Positions 55,343 to 64,000 of a stretch of DNA of 64,000 nt are shown here, piece by piece (within the stretch, counting starts at the first letter, position 1; each line of letters opens with the position of its first letter). The notes under the pieces were generated by a model, which had not been told where the DNA came from, ran no database searches, and was given only the letters and a program-made list of their open reading frames with translations. The position numbers were made by a program, and so were the translations under genes. This DNA is from an uncultured bacterium (GTDB taxonomy: Bacteria > Krumholzibacteriota > Krumholzibacteriia > JACNKJ01), in assembly GCA_963695095.1 (NCBI GenBank), contig CAVOFT010000001.1, positions 1,344,001 to 1,408,000 on the forward strand, written 5' to 3'.

Positions 55343-57469
55343 GTGCAGCTCGAACCCCATCTGGCCGCTCCTTGGCTGGCGCTGATCGTCGTGCTGCTGC
55401 TTTGGGGCTGGGCCCTGTGGAGCTACCGCCAGACCCTGAGCCCCGTGAGCGCGAGCCAGCGCCGCCTGCTGCTCGGCCTGCGTCTGGCGGCATCGCTCTT
55501 GCTGGCTCTTCTCGTCGGCGGGCTCGATCTCGTGCTCGAACGCCGTCGCGCCGAGCGGCCCCTGCTGCGCGTGCTCGTGGACGCCTCGGCCAGCATGCAG
55601 CGCCCGGCGGCGAGCACGGCCGGAGCGACCAGCCGCTACGACCGCGCGCAGGAAGTGCTGTCGGCGCTCGAGGAGCGCTATGAGGGGCGCCTGCGGCTGG
55701 CGCCGGCGGCCTTCGGCGACGGCCTGCTCACCGGCGTGCTGCCGGCGGTGGCCACGGCCCCGGTCACGGACCTGGGCGCTGCGCTCGGCGCGCTGCCTCC
55801 GGCCGAGCCGGGCGAGGCCCTGCTCCTGCTCAGCGATGGCTGCGACACGGAGGGCGGCCTCTGGGCGGGCGCTCTCGGCGGTGGTCGACCGCTCTACGGC
55901 ATCCTGCTGGGCGATAGCGTGGCGCCGGCCGATCTGCGCCTGGACCAGGTGGAGGCCCTGCCCGTCCTGCGCAAGGGCGCTCGCTTGCCGCTGGCCGTGG
56001 AGATCGCCGCCACGGGGCGGGCGGCGCGCGCGGGCCGCCTGCTGGTGCGCGAGAATGGTCGCCTGCTCGCCGCCGAGGACTGGCTGCTCGAGCCGGGCGA
56101 ATCGCGCGTGCGCCTCGAGCTGTCGCTGGAGCTCGAGGCCCTGGGTCAGCATTTGCTCGAGCTCAGTCTCGAGCAGGGGCGGCCGGGCAGCGCGCCGGAC
56201 GCGGCGCCCGGCAACGACAGCCGCCTGCTGGCGGTGCGCGTGGTGGAGAGCCGGCTGCGCGTGCTGGTGCTCGCCGGCCGGCCGGACTGGGATCTGGCGG
56301 CGCTGCAGGACGGCCTGCGCGGCGAAGAGGCCCTCGAGCTCGTGGCCGTCACGCCCGGGCCGACGGGCGGGCTGCGCGAGGCCGCCAGCGGCAAGGCCTG
56401 GCAGGTGGAGGCGGAGCTCTGGCACGGCCTCGTACTCCACTCCTGGCAACCGGGCTGGGACCCGGGGCTCCTGGAGCGTCTGCGCCTGCAGGGAGGCGCC
56501 CTGCTGCTCGGGTCCTTCCTCGAGCGGCCCAGCGGCGCCCGTCTGCCGGCTGCCTGGCGCCTGGACCTGAACGCGGTTCCCGGCGGGCGAGGCCCGGGAG
56601 CGGCCGGAGGCGAGGTCCTGCTGCACTGGGGGGCGGACGCCCTGCGCCATCCGGCCCTGCAGGGGGCCGTGGCCCTGGGTGTGGACCCGGCCTCGCTGCC
56701 GGCCCTGGAGAGCGCGAGCCCCAATCCGCTGGCGGGCGGCCGGGAGCTGCTGGTCGCGGCGGGAGGCGCCGTGCTCAGCGCGCGGGAGCTGGGCGGCCTG
56801 CGCCTGGCCGCCTGCAGCGGCCAGGGCTTCTGGCGCTGGCCCCTGCAGGGCGAGCAGGGGGCGCCCCTCTTCGGCGAGCTCTTCTCGGGCCTGCTGCGCT
56901 GGCTCGCCCGCGAGGATCCGCCCGAGCGCCTGCTCGTCGACTGGGGCGAAGAGAGCCTGAGCGCGGGCCAGCCCGGCCGCCTGCGAGCAGAGGTGCTGGA
57001 TCCGGACTTCCGCCCCCTGGCCGAGGCGGAGCTGGACTGGAGCCTCTCGCGCCTGGCGGGCGACAGCCTGCTGGCCGCCGGCACCTTTGCGCGGGAGACG
57101 GCCGGCGCCGGCTTCGCGGCGCAGCTGCCCGCCCTGCCCGAGGGCCTGTATCGTCTCGCCCTGAGCGCGAGGCTGGCCAGCGGCGAAGCGCTCGCGCGCA
57201 GTATCGAGCTGCCGGTGGAAGCCCCGCGCCGGGAACTGATGGAGCTGGCCGCGCGGCCGGAGACCCTCCGCTGGCTGGCGGCGCAAACGGGCGGTCGCGT
57301 CCTGACCGCCGAAGGGCTTGACGCGCTGGACGCGGCCCTCGACTTCACGCCGCGCAGCGTGACGAGCCGTCGCGTCCTGCGCCTGTGGCAGCACCCCCTG
57401 GCCTTCCTCCTCCTCCTCAGCCTGCTCGCTGCCGAGTGGGGGCTGAGGAAGCGATTCGGCATGGTCTAG
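55343..57469 (+). CDS. Membrane-anchored vWA-like / glutamine-amidotransferase-like domain protein
   Basis: Two N-terminal TMs (LL.LR), VLVDASASM (MIDAS-like), TDLGAAL, LLLSDG, WRW, LAAQTGG and a C-terminal TM ending EWGLRKR.G. Confidence 0.75.
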   Translation: MQLEPHLAAPWLALIVVLLLWGWALWSYRQTLSPVSASQRRLLLGLRLAASLLLALLVGGLDLVLERRRAERPLLRVLVDASASMQRPAASTAGATSRYDRAQEVLSALEERYEGRLRLAPAAFGDGLLTGVLPAVATAPVTDLGAALGALPPAEPGEALLLLSDGCDTEGGLWAGALGGGRPLYGILLGDSVAPADLRLDQVEALPVLRKGARLPLAVEIAATGRAARAGRLLVRENGRLLAAEDWLLEPGESRVRLELSLELEALGQHLLELSLEQGRPGSAPDAAPGNDSRLLAVRVVESRLRVLVLAGRPDWDLAALQDGLRGEEALELVAVTPGPTGGLREAASGKAWQVEAELWHGLVLHSWQPGWDPGLLERLRLQGGALLLGSFLERPSGARLPAAWRLDLNAVPGGRGPGAAGGEVLLHWGADALRHPALQGAVALGVDPASLPALESASPNPLAGGRELLVAAGGAVLSARELGGLRLAACSGQGFWRWPLQGEQGAPLFGELFSGLLRWLAREDPPERLLVDWGEESLSAGQPGRLRAEVLDPDFRPLAEAELDWSLSRLAGDSLLAAGTFARETAGAGFAAQLPALPEGLYRLALSARLASGEALARSIELPVEAPRRELMELAARPETLRWLAAQTGGRVLTAEGLDALDAALDFTPRSVTSRRVLRLWQHPLAFLLLLSLLAAEWGLRKRFGMV

Positions 57470-57562
57470 GCCCTCCGCCCCGGCAACCGGGCGCCTCTGG
57501 CGCCCGGGCGGCCCGAGTGCCCTGCGCGCTCGGACCGCTGGCGAGGGCCGGGGGAGGTTGCC

Positions 57563-59215
57563 GTGGACAGCGGACGCATCGCGCGCCGTCTACTCCTGCT
57601 GCTTTTCCTGCTCGCCTGCGCGCTCTGGCTGCTCCTGGACGATCCCGCGCGTGCAGGGCTGCTCCTCAACGAAGTGCTCTACGATCCCGAGGGCGCCGAC
57701 GGCGACCTCGAGTTCGTCGAGCTGATCGCGGCGGGTCCGGATAGCCTCGCGCTCGGCGAGGTCCGGCTGGAGTTCTGCAATGGGTCGACTCCGGGCGCTT
57801 GGGCGCTGCTCTGGACGGGCTCGCTGAACCTGCCGCCGGGCGCGCTCTTCGTGCTCGGCGAGCCCGCGGTGCCCGGCGCGCAGGTCGTGCTCACGCTCGA
57901 CATGCAAAATGGCCCGGAGGCCCTGCGCCTCGTGGCCGGCGGCGAGCTGCTGGATCTGCTGGGCTACGGCGAGGGCCTCGATCCGGGCCTCTACGAGGCC
58001 TGGCCGGCTCCGGACCCAGCGGGGCAGTCGCTGGCGCGCCTGCCCGATGGCGTCGACACCGACCAGAACGCGCTCGATTGGTTCGCGGCCCCGCCCACGC
58101 CCGGGGCGCTCAACCAGCCGCCCTTCCGCGCGGCGCTGGAGGCGGTCACGCCGCCCTGGCAGCCGCTGGCGCCGGGCGCACCCTGCAGCCTGCGCATCGC
58201 GGCGGCGAACACGGGGCGGGATGCCTGGCCGGCGCCGCTCGTCCTGCAGGTGGATGGCGTCGCCCGCGGCAGCCTGCCCGCTCTGGCGGCCGGCGAGCGA
58301 GGGGGCGGGCTCGTCGTGCTGCCCGGGTTGCCGGCCGGCGATGCCCTGCTCGCCCTCGCCCTCCTGGGACCCACCGGCGGCCTGGCGGACAGCTGCTCGC
58401 TCCCTCTGCGCGTGGGTCTGGGCGCGCTCGCGCTGGACGAAGTGCTCTTCGCGCCCCTGTCCGGGGGCAGCGAATGGGTGGAGTGCCGGGCGCGAGCAGC
58501 CCTCGATGGCCTGGCGGAGTTCACGCTGACCGACCTCGGCGGCACGCGCGCGCGTTTCCGGCCGCCGCCGCTCGCCCCCGGCGAGCGTCTGCTCCTGTGC
58601 GCGGATCGCGAGGCACTGCTCGCGGCGCTGCCAGCGCTCGATCCGGTGCGGGTGCTGGCGCTGAGTCCCTGGCCCAGCCTCGCCAACAGCGGCGAGGCCG
58701 ACCAGGCGCCAGGCTGGACCGATGGCCTGCGCCTGGCCAGCGCCGACGGCCGCTGCGCGGATGGCCTCCTCTACCGCGGCGACTGGATCCCGGCGCGCGG
58801 TTTCAGCATCGAGCGCCTCGCGGACTTCCCGCTAGGCGCGCTCGCCCCCTGGGCGGCCTCGCCCCTGGGCAGCAGTCCGCTGACCGGTAGCGCGGCTCCC
58901 GCGCCCGCCACGGCGTCCGGGCTCGCCCTCGCCCCCAATCCCTTCGACCCCGAGCGCGAGCGCCTCTGGGTGGATCTCTGCGCGCCGGGCGAGGCGCTGG
59001 AGCTGCGCATCTTCGACGCCGCCGGCCGGGAACTGCAGCGCCTGAGCGGCAGCCTGGCCGGGGGCCTCGCGCGCCTGGTCTGGGACGGCTGCGACGCCCG
59101 GGGTGGCCGCCTGGCCGACGGCGCCTATCCGGTCCTGGCCAGCTGGCGAGACGCCGCCGGCGGGCGCCACCAGGCGAAGGCCGTGGTCGGCCTGCAGCGC
59201 CGGAGCCAACACTGA
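57563..59215 (+). CDS. Lamin-tail-domain exported protein with C-terminal FlgD-Ig-like domain
   Basis: LNEVLYDP.G.D...EFVEL, SLARLPDG.DT..N..DW...PTPG..N, a second LDEVLFAP..EWVE, and C-terminal PNPFDP...IFD..GR...WDG.D..G. Confidence 0.8.
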   Translation: MDSGRIARRLLLLLFLLACALWLLLDDPARAGLLLNEVLYDPEGADGDLEFVELIAAGPDSLALGEVRLEFCNGSTPGAWALLWTGSLNLPPGALFVLGEPAVPGAQVVLTLDMQNGPEALRLVAGGELLDLLGYGEGLDPGLYEAWPAPDPAGQSLARLPDGVDTDQNALDWFAAPPTPGALNQPPFRAALEAVTPPWQPLAPGAPCSLRIAAANTGRDAWPAPLVLQVDGVARGSLPALAAGERGGGLVVLPGLPAGDALLALALLGPTGGLADSCSLPLRVGLGALALDEVLFAPLSGGSEWVECRARAALDGLAEFTLTDLGGTRARFRPPPLAPGERLLLCADREALLAALPALDPVRVLALSPWPSLANSGEADQAPGWTDGLRLASADGRCADGLLYRGDWIPARGFSIERLADFPLGALAPWAASPLGSSPLTGSAAPAPATASGLALAPNPFDPERERLWVDLCAPGEALELRIFDAAGRELQRLSGSLAGGLARLVWDGCDARGGRLADGAYPVLASWRDAAGGRHQAKAVVGLQRRSQH

Positions 59216-59976
59216 TGTTGAACTTGAGATTATCTCGGCAACGCTATATAAATAAAGCCATTATCGTGCTTATCAGCCTGGCCTTAGCCCCGCCGCCCGG
59301 CCGGGCGCAGCTCTTCAGCCTCTATCCCGAGCGCTCGCCGCGGGACCTGCAGGCGGCCCTGGACGGCCTCGGTCCCTGGCGGCCGCGCCTCGCCCTGGGG
59401 CAATGGCGCCCCTATGGCTTGCCGGCCGTGGTGCAGGAGCTGGAGCTGGCGGCTCGCCCCGGGGGCCTTCAGCTGGCCCTGGCTGCCAGCCGCCAGGACT
59501 GGGGGCCCATCGGCGCCTGGCGGCTCGGCCTGCGGGCGCTCAGACCCCTGGGGGAGGGTCTCAGCCTGGGTCTGGCCTGGAGCGGCGAGCGCCTGGACGC
59601 GGGCGCCGGCGCGCAGGGCCTCGAGTTGCTGGCGGCCCTGGGCCGGCGGCCCGTGCTCTGCCTGAGCGCCCGCCTCCTCGGCCAGCCGGGGCCGGGCCTC
59701 GCCGCGCGCTCGGCGGGCGCGCAGATCGGCCTCAGCCTGGCCGAGGGGGACTGGATCCTGCGGCTGTGGCGACGGCCCGGAGGTCCGGCGGGCGCCGAGG
59801 AGGGGCTCGCCCTGGAGCGCCGCCTCGGCCCCCTCGAGCTGGGGCTGCAGGCGAACTGGCCGGGCTGGCAGGGCCTGGGCCTGCGCTACGGAGGCGAGCG
59901 CTGGGGCTTGGCCCTCGAGGAGCGTTTCCACGCCGAGCTGGGGGCAAGTCACGGCCTGCGCCTGCTGCTGCGCTAG
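59215..59976 (+). CDS. Hypothetical exported protein, probable small beta-barrel
   Basis: Signal-like N-terminus, alternating strands, PYGL and terminal H.ELG.SH.L.L. Start is uncertain (59215 or GTG 59266). Confidence 0.55.
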   Translation: MLNLRLSRQRYINKAIIVLISLALAPPPGRAQLFSLYPERSPRDLQAALDGLGPWRPRLALGQWRPYGLPAVVQELELAARPGGLQLALAASRQDWGPIGAWRLGLRALRPLGEGLSLGLAWSGERLDAGAGAQGLELLAALGRRPVLCLSARLLGQPGPGLAARSAGAQIGLSLAEGDWILRLWRRPGGPAGAEEGLALERRLGPLELGLQANWPGWQGLGLRYGGERWGLALEERFHAELGASHGLRLLLR

Positions 59977-61434
59977 ATGAAGAAGTCGCTATTACTCGTT
60001 GCAGCTATGTCGCTTATCATGAATTTACCGGCGCGAGCGGAGGAGGCGCTGCCCCTGGACGCCGAGGCGCCGCTCGCCCTCGGCAGCCTGCCTGCGCGCA
60101 GCGGGCTGAGCCTGGCCGGCGGCTTCGACGCGGCCGGCCCTCGCCCTGCGCGCTACGGCGCGAGCCATGCCCTGGGCGCCTGGCGTCTGGGCCTGGCCGG
60201 CAGCGGCCTGGCCGAGCTGCCCCGGGGCGCTCTCGCGGGAGACTGGGGGCGCTGGCGCCTCGTCGTCGGCGGCCTGGCTGGAGATTGGGGACAGGGCCTC
60301 CTGCTCGGCGCTCGCCGGCGGGCGCCGCTCGGCGCGCCCCGCGCGCCGAGGGCGGCCGCTCTGCCACTGGCGCCATCGACGGCCAGCGAGCCGCTCGGCC
60401 GCGGAGTGCTCCTGGCTGCCGGCGGCAGCGCCGGCCGGGTCGCGATCGCCGTCCTCGAGGACGACTCTGCGCCCGGGCAGGCCGCCGGGCGGCAGGCGCT
60501 CGGCGCCGTCTTGGGGCTGCGCTGGCGGGCGGCCAGTCTGGATCTGCTGCAAGCTCCTCGGGCCCTGGGCGGCGCACTCGGCCTCGACTGGCAGCGCGAG
60601 GACCCGCGGCTCGCCCTCGCCACCGAGGCAGGGCTGCTGGCGCCCAGAGCCGCGCCGCTGCGGCGAGGGCTGGCCTGGCGACTTGCCTTGGCGGCGCCCG
60701 ACCCGGCCAGCGGCCTGCGCTTGGCCGTCGAGGGCTTGCTTCTCGATGGCGCGCAGGCCGCCGGAGCGCGCGGCTGGTTCGGCGCGGCCGCCGGCGAAGA
60801 GCTGCACGCCGCCCTCGCGGGGCCGGGGCCGGGTCCCTGGCGCTGGCGCCTGGCGCGGCGCCTGCGCCGCGGGCTCGGCCTTGCCCGCGGCACGCGGCGC
60901 AGCGAGAGCGCGGTGCTCATCGAGGGCGAAGGGCGCCTGATGCCGCTCGCCCTCGAGATCGAGCTGCGCCAGGTGGAGGAGCGGCGGTCGGAGACCCTCG
61001 ACGCCGCGCCGGGCTTTCCGCGCGCGCGCGATGCGCTCGGGCTGCGCCAGGAGCTGGCCATCGGCCTCGCCGCTTCGCGCGGTCCCGCCCTGCGCTGGCG
61101 GCGGCGCTTCGGCGAAACGGGGGTGGGCAGCCTCGTCCAGCTCACGGGGGCGCTGCCTGGCTTCCCCGGCCTGGAGCTCTCGCTCCTGCGCCATGAACTG
61201 GAGCCCGGGGCGCCGGTCTTCCTCGTCTATGCGAGCGGCGAGGCCGGCGCCGGCCTTGCCGCCGCCAGCGAGACGCGCGCGCTGGCCGGCCGCGGCTGGC
61301 AGGCCTCGGCGCGACTGCGTCTGGGCGGGCCGGGCCGGCGCGCCACGCTGAGTGCGCGCTACGGACGCCGCGAGGATGGCAGCAGCAGCTGGTCGCTGGC
61401 CGCAGGGCTCGATCTGGCCCGCGCGCGCGACTGA
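59977..61434 (+). CDS. Hypothetical outer-membrane protein resembling the barrel part of FCB 'helix-hairpin-helix domain' proteins
   Basis: Signal peptide; VVGG....WGQGLLLG and E...RGV motifs; very Ala/Leu/Gly/Arg-rich beta-strand pattern. Confidence 0.5.
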   Translation: MKKSLLLVAAMSLIMNLPARAEEALPLDAEAPLALGSLPARSGLSLAGGFDAAGPRPARYGASHALGAWRLGLAGSGLAELPRGALAGDWGRWRLVVGGLAGDWGQGLLLGARRRAPLGAPRAPRAAALPLAPSTASEPLGRGVLLAAGGSAGRVAIAVLEDDSAPGQAAGRQALGAVLGLRWRAASLDLLQAPRALGGALGLDWQREDPRLALATEAGLLAPRAAPLRRGLAWRLALAAPDPASGLRLAVEGLLLDGAQAAGARGWFGAAAGEELHAALAGPGPGPWRWRLARRLRRGLGLARGTRRSESAVLIEGEGRLMPLALEIELRQVEERRSETLDAAPGFPRARDALGLRQELAIGLAASRGPALRWRRRFGETGVGSLVQLTGALPGFPGLELSLLRHELEPGAPVFLVYASGEAGAGLAAASETRALAGRGWQASARLRLGGPGRRATLSARYGRREDGSSSWSLAAGLDLARARD

Positions 61435-61487
61435 GCGCCGCTGCGCCTGCGATTGACAGTCCCCGCGATCGATGCTCACATGCGGCC

Positions 61488-62633
61488 ATGGCAAGCTTCT
61501 GCGGCAGCGGCGAGTGGACCGTGCTCGGTCTCATGTGCGGCACCAGTCTGGATGGACTGGATGCGGCGCGCCTGCGCCTGCGCTGCGGCGAGCAGGGCCT
61601 CGAGCGGTGGGAACTGCTCGACTGGCAGGAGGCGCCCTACCCGGCGGCGCTGCGCTCCGAGGCCGAGGCGCTGATCCTGGGCGAAGCGCGAAGCGCCGCG
61701 GCCTTCGCGAGCCTGCACGTCGGCCTTGCCCGCGCCTTCGCTGACTTCGTGCGCACCGCCTTCCCCGCGCCCATCGCCGATCTCGCCGGCTTTCCCGGCC
61801 AGACCCTCTGGCACGATCCCGAAGGCGCGCAGCTGAGCTTCCAGATCGGCAGCCCGGCCGCCTTCGCGGCGCTCACGGGCCTGCCCACGGTGGGGGAGTT
61901 CCGCCTGCCCGACGTGCTCGCGGGCGGCCAGGGAGCGCCGCTGGTGCCCCTGGCCGACGCCCTGCTCCACCGCGACGCGCGCGAGTACCGCGCCCTGCTC
62001 AACATCGGTGGCATTGCGAATGTCACGCTGCTGCCGCCCGGGCGCGGCAGCGAGGGCGTGCTCGCCTGGGACACGGGGCCGGGCAATACCTTGCTCGACA
62101 GCTTCGCCCGCCTGGCCACCGGCGCGTCCTGCGACGAGGGCGGCCGCCTCGCCGCCGCGGGACGCGTGCTGCCCGAGCTGCTCGCCGAGTGGCTGGCCGA
62201 ACCCTGGTTCCAGCGGCCGCCGCCCAAGAGCACGGGCAGGGAACACTTCGGCGGCCGCTTTCTCGGGCCCGCCGCCCTGGCCGGTCTGCGGGCGCAGCAT
62301 GCGGACGCTGACCTCGCCGCCACCCTGCTCGCCCTCAGCGTCGAGAGCGTAGCGCTCGCGCTTGACGGCGTGCCGGCCGATCGCTTGTATGTGGCCGGCG
62401 GCGGCAGCGCGAATCCCACGCTGATGGCGGCTCTCGCCGCCCGCCTGGCGCCCCTCGCCCTCGCCAGCAGCGCCGCGCTCGGCTTGCCGCCCGCGGCCAA
62501 GGAGGCGGCGGACTTTGCCGTGCTTGCCCTGGAGGCGGCCGCGGGCCGTCCTGTCAGCCTGCCCGCCGTCACCGGTGCGCGCGCACCCGCCGCGGCGGGG
62601 CTCTTCGCGCCGGGCAGGCTCCACTGCTTCTAG
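61488..62633 (+). CDS. anmK: Anhydro-N-acetylmuramic acid kinase
   Basis: GLMCGTSLDGLD, GQTLWH, GGQGAPLVP, LNIGGIANVT, DTGPGN, PPKSTGRE.F and KEA..FA. Confidence 0.9.
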   Translation: MASFCGSGEWTVLGLMCGTSLDGLDAARLRLRCGEQGLERWELLDWQEAPYPAALRSEAEALILGEARSAAAFASLHVGLARAFADFVRTAFPAPIADLAGFPGQTLWHDPEGAQLSFQIGSPAAFAALTGLPTVGEFRLPDVLAGGQGAPLVPLADALLHRDAREYRALLNIGGIANVTLLPPGRGSEGVLAWDTGPGNTLLDSFARLATGASCDEGGRLAAAGRVLPELLAEWLAEPWFQRPPPKSTGREHFGGRFLGPAALAGLRAQHADADLAATLLALSVESVALALDGVPADRLYVAGGGSANPTLMAALAARLAPLALASSAALGLPPAAKEAADFAVLALEAAAGRPVSLPAVTGARAPAAAGLFAPGRLHCF

Positions 62634-62660
62634 GACCCGCAGCCGATGAGGATGCCCTTC

Positions 62661-64000
62661 ATGCCGCCGCGCCGACTCCGCCTTCCTCGCCTGGCGCCGC
62701 TGGCCCTGCTTGCGCCGCTCGCCGTGCTTGCGCTCGCCGGCTGCCAGAGCAAGGCGCCGATCCAGACGCGCACGGTCTCGGAGCGGCGGCCGCCCGCGCC
62801 GCGCGCGCAGGAGCCGCGGCGACGGCCGCTGCCCGGCGTGGGCCTCGACCGCGAGCCCGAACTGCGCATCCTGCTCAGCCGCCGCGTCAGCGGCGTGGAA
62901 GTGCAGGCGAGCAGCGGCTTCGTCGCCCTGGACGCCGCGGGCCGCGTGCTCGCGCGCTATGGCGGCGATCGCCGCTACTCCTTCTTCCAGAACCGCCGCA
63001 GCCCCGAGCGCCTGGAGGTGGTCAGCGAGGGCCTGCGCGGCGGCGCCAGGACGAAGGCGGCGCTGGGGCGCCTGCCCTTCGCCGAGGCGATCACGCTGCA
63101 GCCCCTGGCCGGCGGCGTGCTCACCGTGAACGGCAAGGCCTATCGCGGGCGCCTGAAGCTCTGGCGCGAGGAGGACCACTTCAGCTGCCTGAACCTGCTG
63201 CCCATGGAGCTCTACCTGCGCGGCGTGGTGCCCCACGAGATCGGGAACCTGCCGGCGAGCGGCTACGAGGCGATGAAGGCCCAGGCGGTGGCCAGCCGCA
63301 CCTACGCCGTGCAGCGGCTCCTCGCCAGTCGCGAGCGGGCCTGGGACATGGTGGACACCGTGGCCGATCAGGTCTATCGCGGGGCGGAGGCCGAGTCCCA
63401 GGCCGCCAACCGCGCCATCGGCGCCACGCGCGGACAGCTGCTCTTCGCGGGGGAGGAGCCGGCGGAGATCTACTACGCCTCCACCTGCGGCGGCGCGACT
63501 GTGGCCATCGACGAGGTCTGGAAGCACGAACCGGTGCCGCACCTGCGCATGGTGCGCGACGTCGATGCGCAAGGGCGGGCCTGGTGCCGCTCGAGCAAGC
63601 TCTATCGCTGGCAGCAGGGCTGGAGCGCCAAGCAGCTCGGGCAGATCCTGCGCGCCTACCTGCCGCCGGCGGCGGGGCTGCCCGCCGGCACCGAGATCGG
63701 GTATCTCCAGGACATCGCCGTCACCGAGCGCACGCCCGAGGGGCGGGCCAAGCGCCTCGTGGTCCGCACCGACCGGGGCGAGTTCGTGGTGCAGGGCGAC
63801 CGGATCCGCTCGGCCCTGAAGCGCGATCTGCAGGGCAACGCCCTGCGCAGCATCTTCTTCGAGCTGAAGACCGAGCGCGATAAGCAGGGGCGCCTCGTGC
63901 GCATCATCGCGACGGGCGCGGGCTGGGGCCATGGCATCGGCATGTGCCAGGTGGGAGCGATCGGGCGCAGCACGGCCGGCCAGGGCTACGACGAGATCCT
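62661..64000 (+). CDS. SpoIID/LytB-domain lipoprotein (lytic transglycosylase), 3' truncated by the window edge
   Basis: Not in the ORF track (no stop in window). Reads MPPRRLRLPRLAPLALLAPLAVLALAGC, YRG.L, ELYLRGVVPHE, KAQAVASRTYA, DQVY.G, YASTCGG and G.GWGHGIGMCQ.GA. In-frame ATGs at 62646, 62652 and 62661. Confidence 0.9.
   Translation, partial: MPPRRLRLPRLAPLALLAPLAVLALAGCQSKAPIQTRTVSERRPPAPRAQEPRRRPLPGVGLDREPELRILLSRRVSGVEVQASSGFVALDAAGRVLARYGGDRRYSFFQNRRSPERLEVVSEGLRGGARTKAALGRLPFAEAITLQPLAGGVLTVNGKAYRGRLKLWREEDHFSCLNLLPMELYLRGVVPHEIGNLPASGYEAMKAQAVASRTYAVQRLLASRERAWDMVDTVADQVYRGAEAESQAANRAIGATRGQLLFAGEEPAEIYYASTCGGATVAIDEVWKHEPVPHLRMVRDVDAQGRAWCRSSKLYRWQQGWSAKQLGQILRAYLPPAAGLPAGTEIGYLQDIAVTERTPEGRAKRLVVRTDRGEFVVQGDRIRSALKRDLQGNALRSIFFELKTERDKQGRLVRIIATGAGWGHGIGMCQVGAIGRSTAGQGYDEI

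Overview
64 kb of very GC-rich bacterial chromosome. A PorV/PorQ-family barrel, five proteins with a FlgD-Ig/T9SS-type C-terminal sorting domain and a short RpoD-like sigma factor suggest an FCB-superphylum organism outside classical Bacteroidota (inference). Most genes lie on the + strand and are housekeeping or envelope genes (phhB/phhA, lpxH, degP, M23 peptidase, amidase, hisS, aspS, phoH-HD-ybeY-corC, mgtE, recO, glyQS, tnaA, ppdK, anmK, SpoIID). The most unusual part is a ~16 kb block (32.2-48.8 kb) between glyS and the asparaginase-tnaA-ppdK genes. It encodes two paralogous ~1040-aa exported proteins, three large lipoproteins (two of them paralogues) and one more CTD protein. It also carries a long structured 5' leader and two 71-bp palindromic elements with covarying stems, one at each paralogue's stop codon and in opposite orientations. 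Other notable items are an M6-protease homologue with a broken HExxH motif next to porV, and a Crp/Fnr regulator followed by a perfect TTGAC-N4-GTCAA box at about -41.5 of the next gene. Ten single-base +1 frameshifts (seven in ppdK) are most likely sequencing or assembly errors. No rRNA, tRNA, CRISPR array, integrase or transposase was seen.
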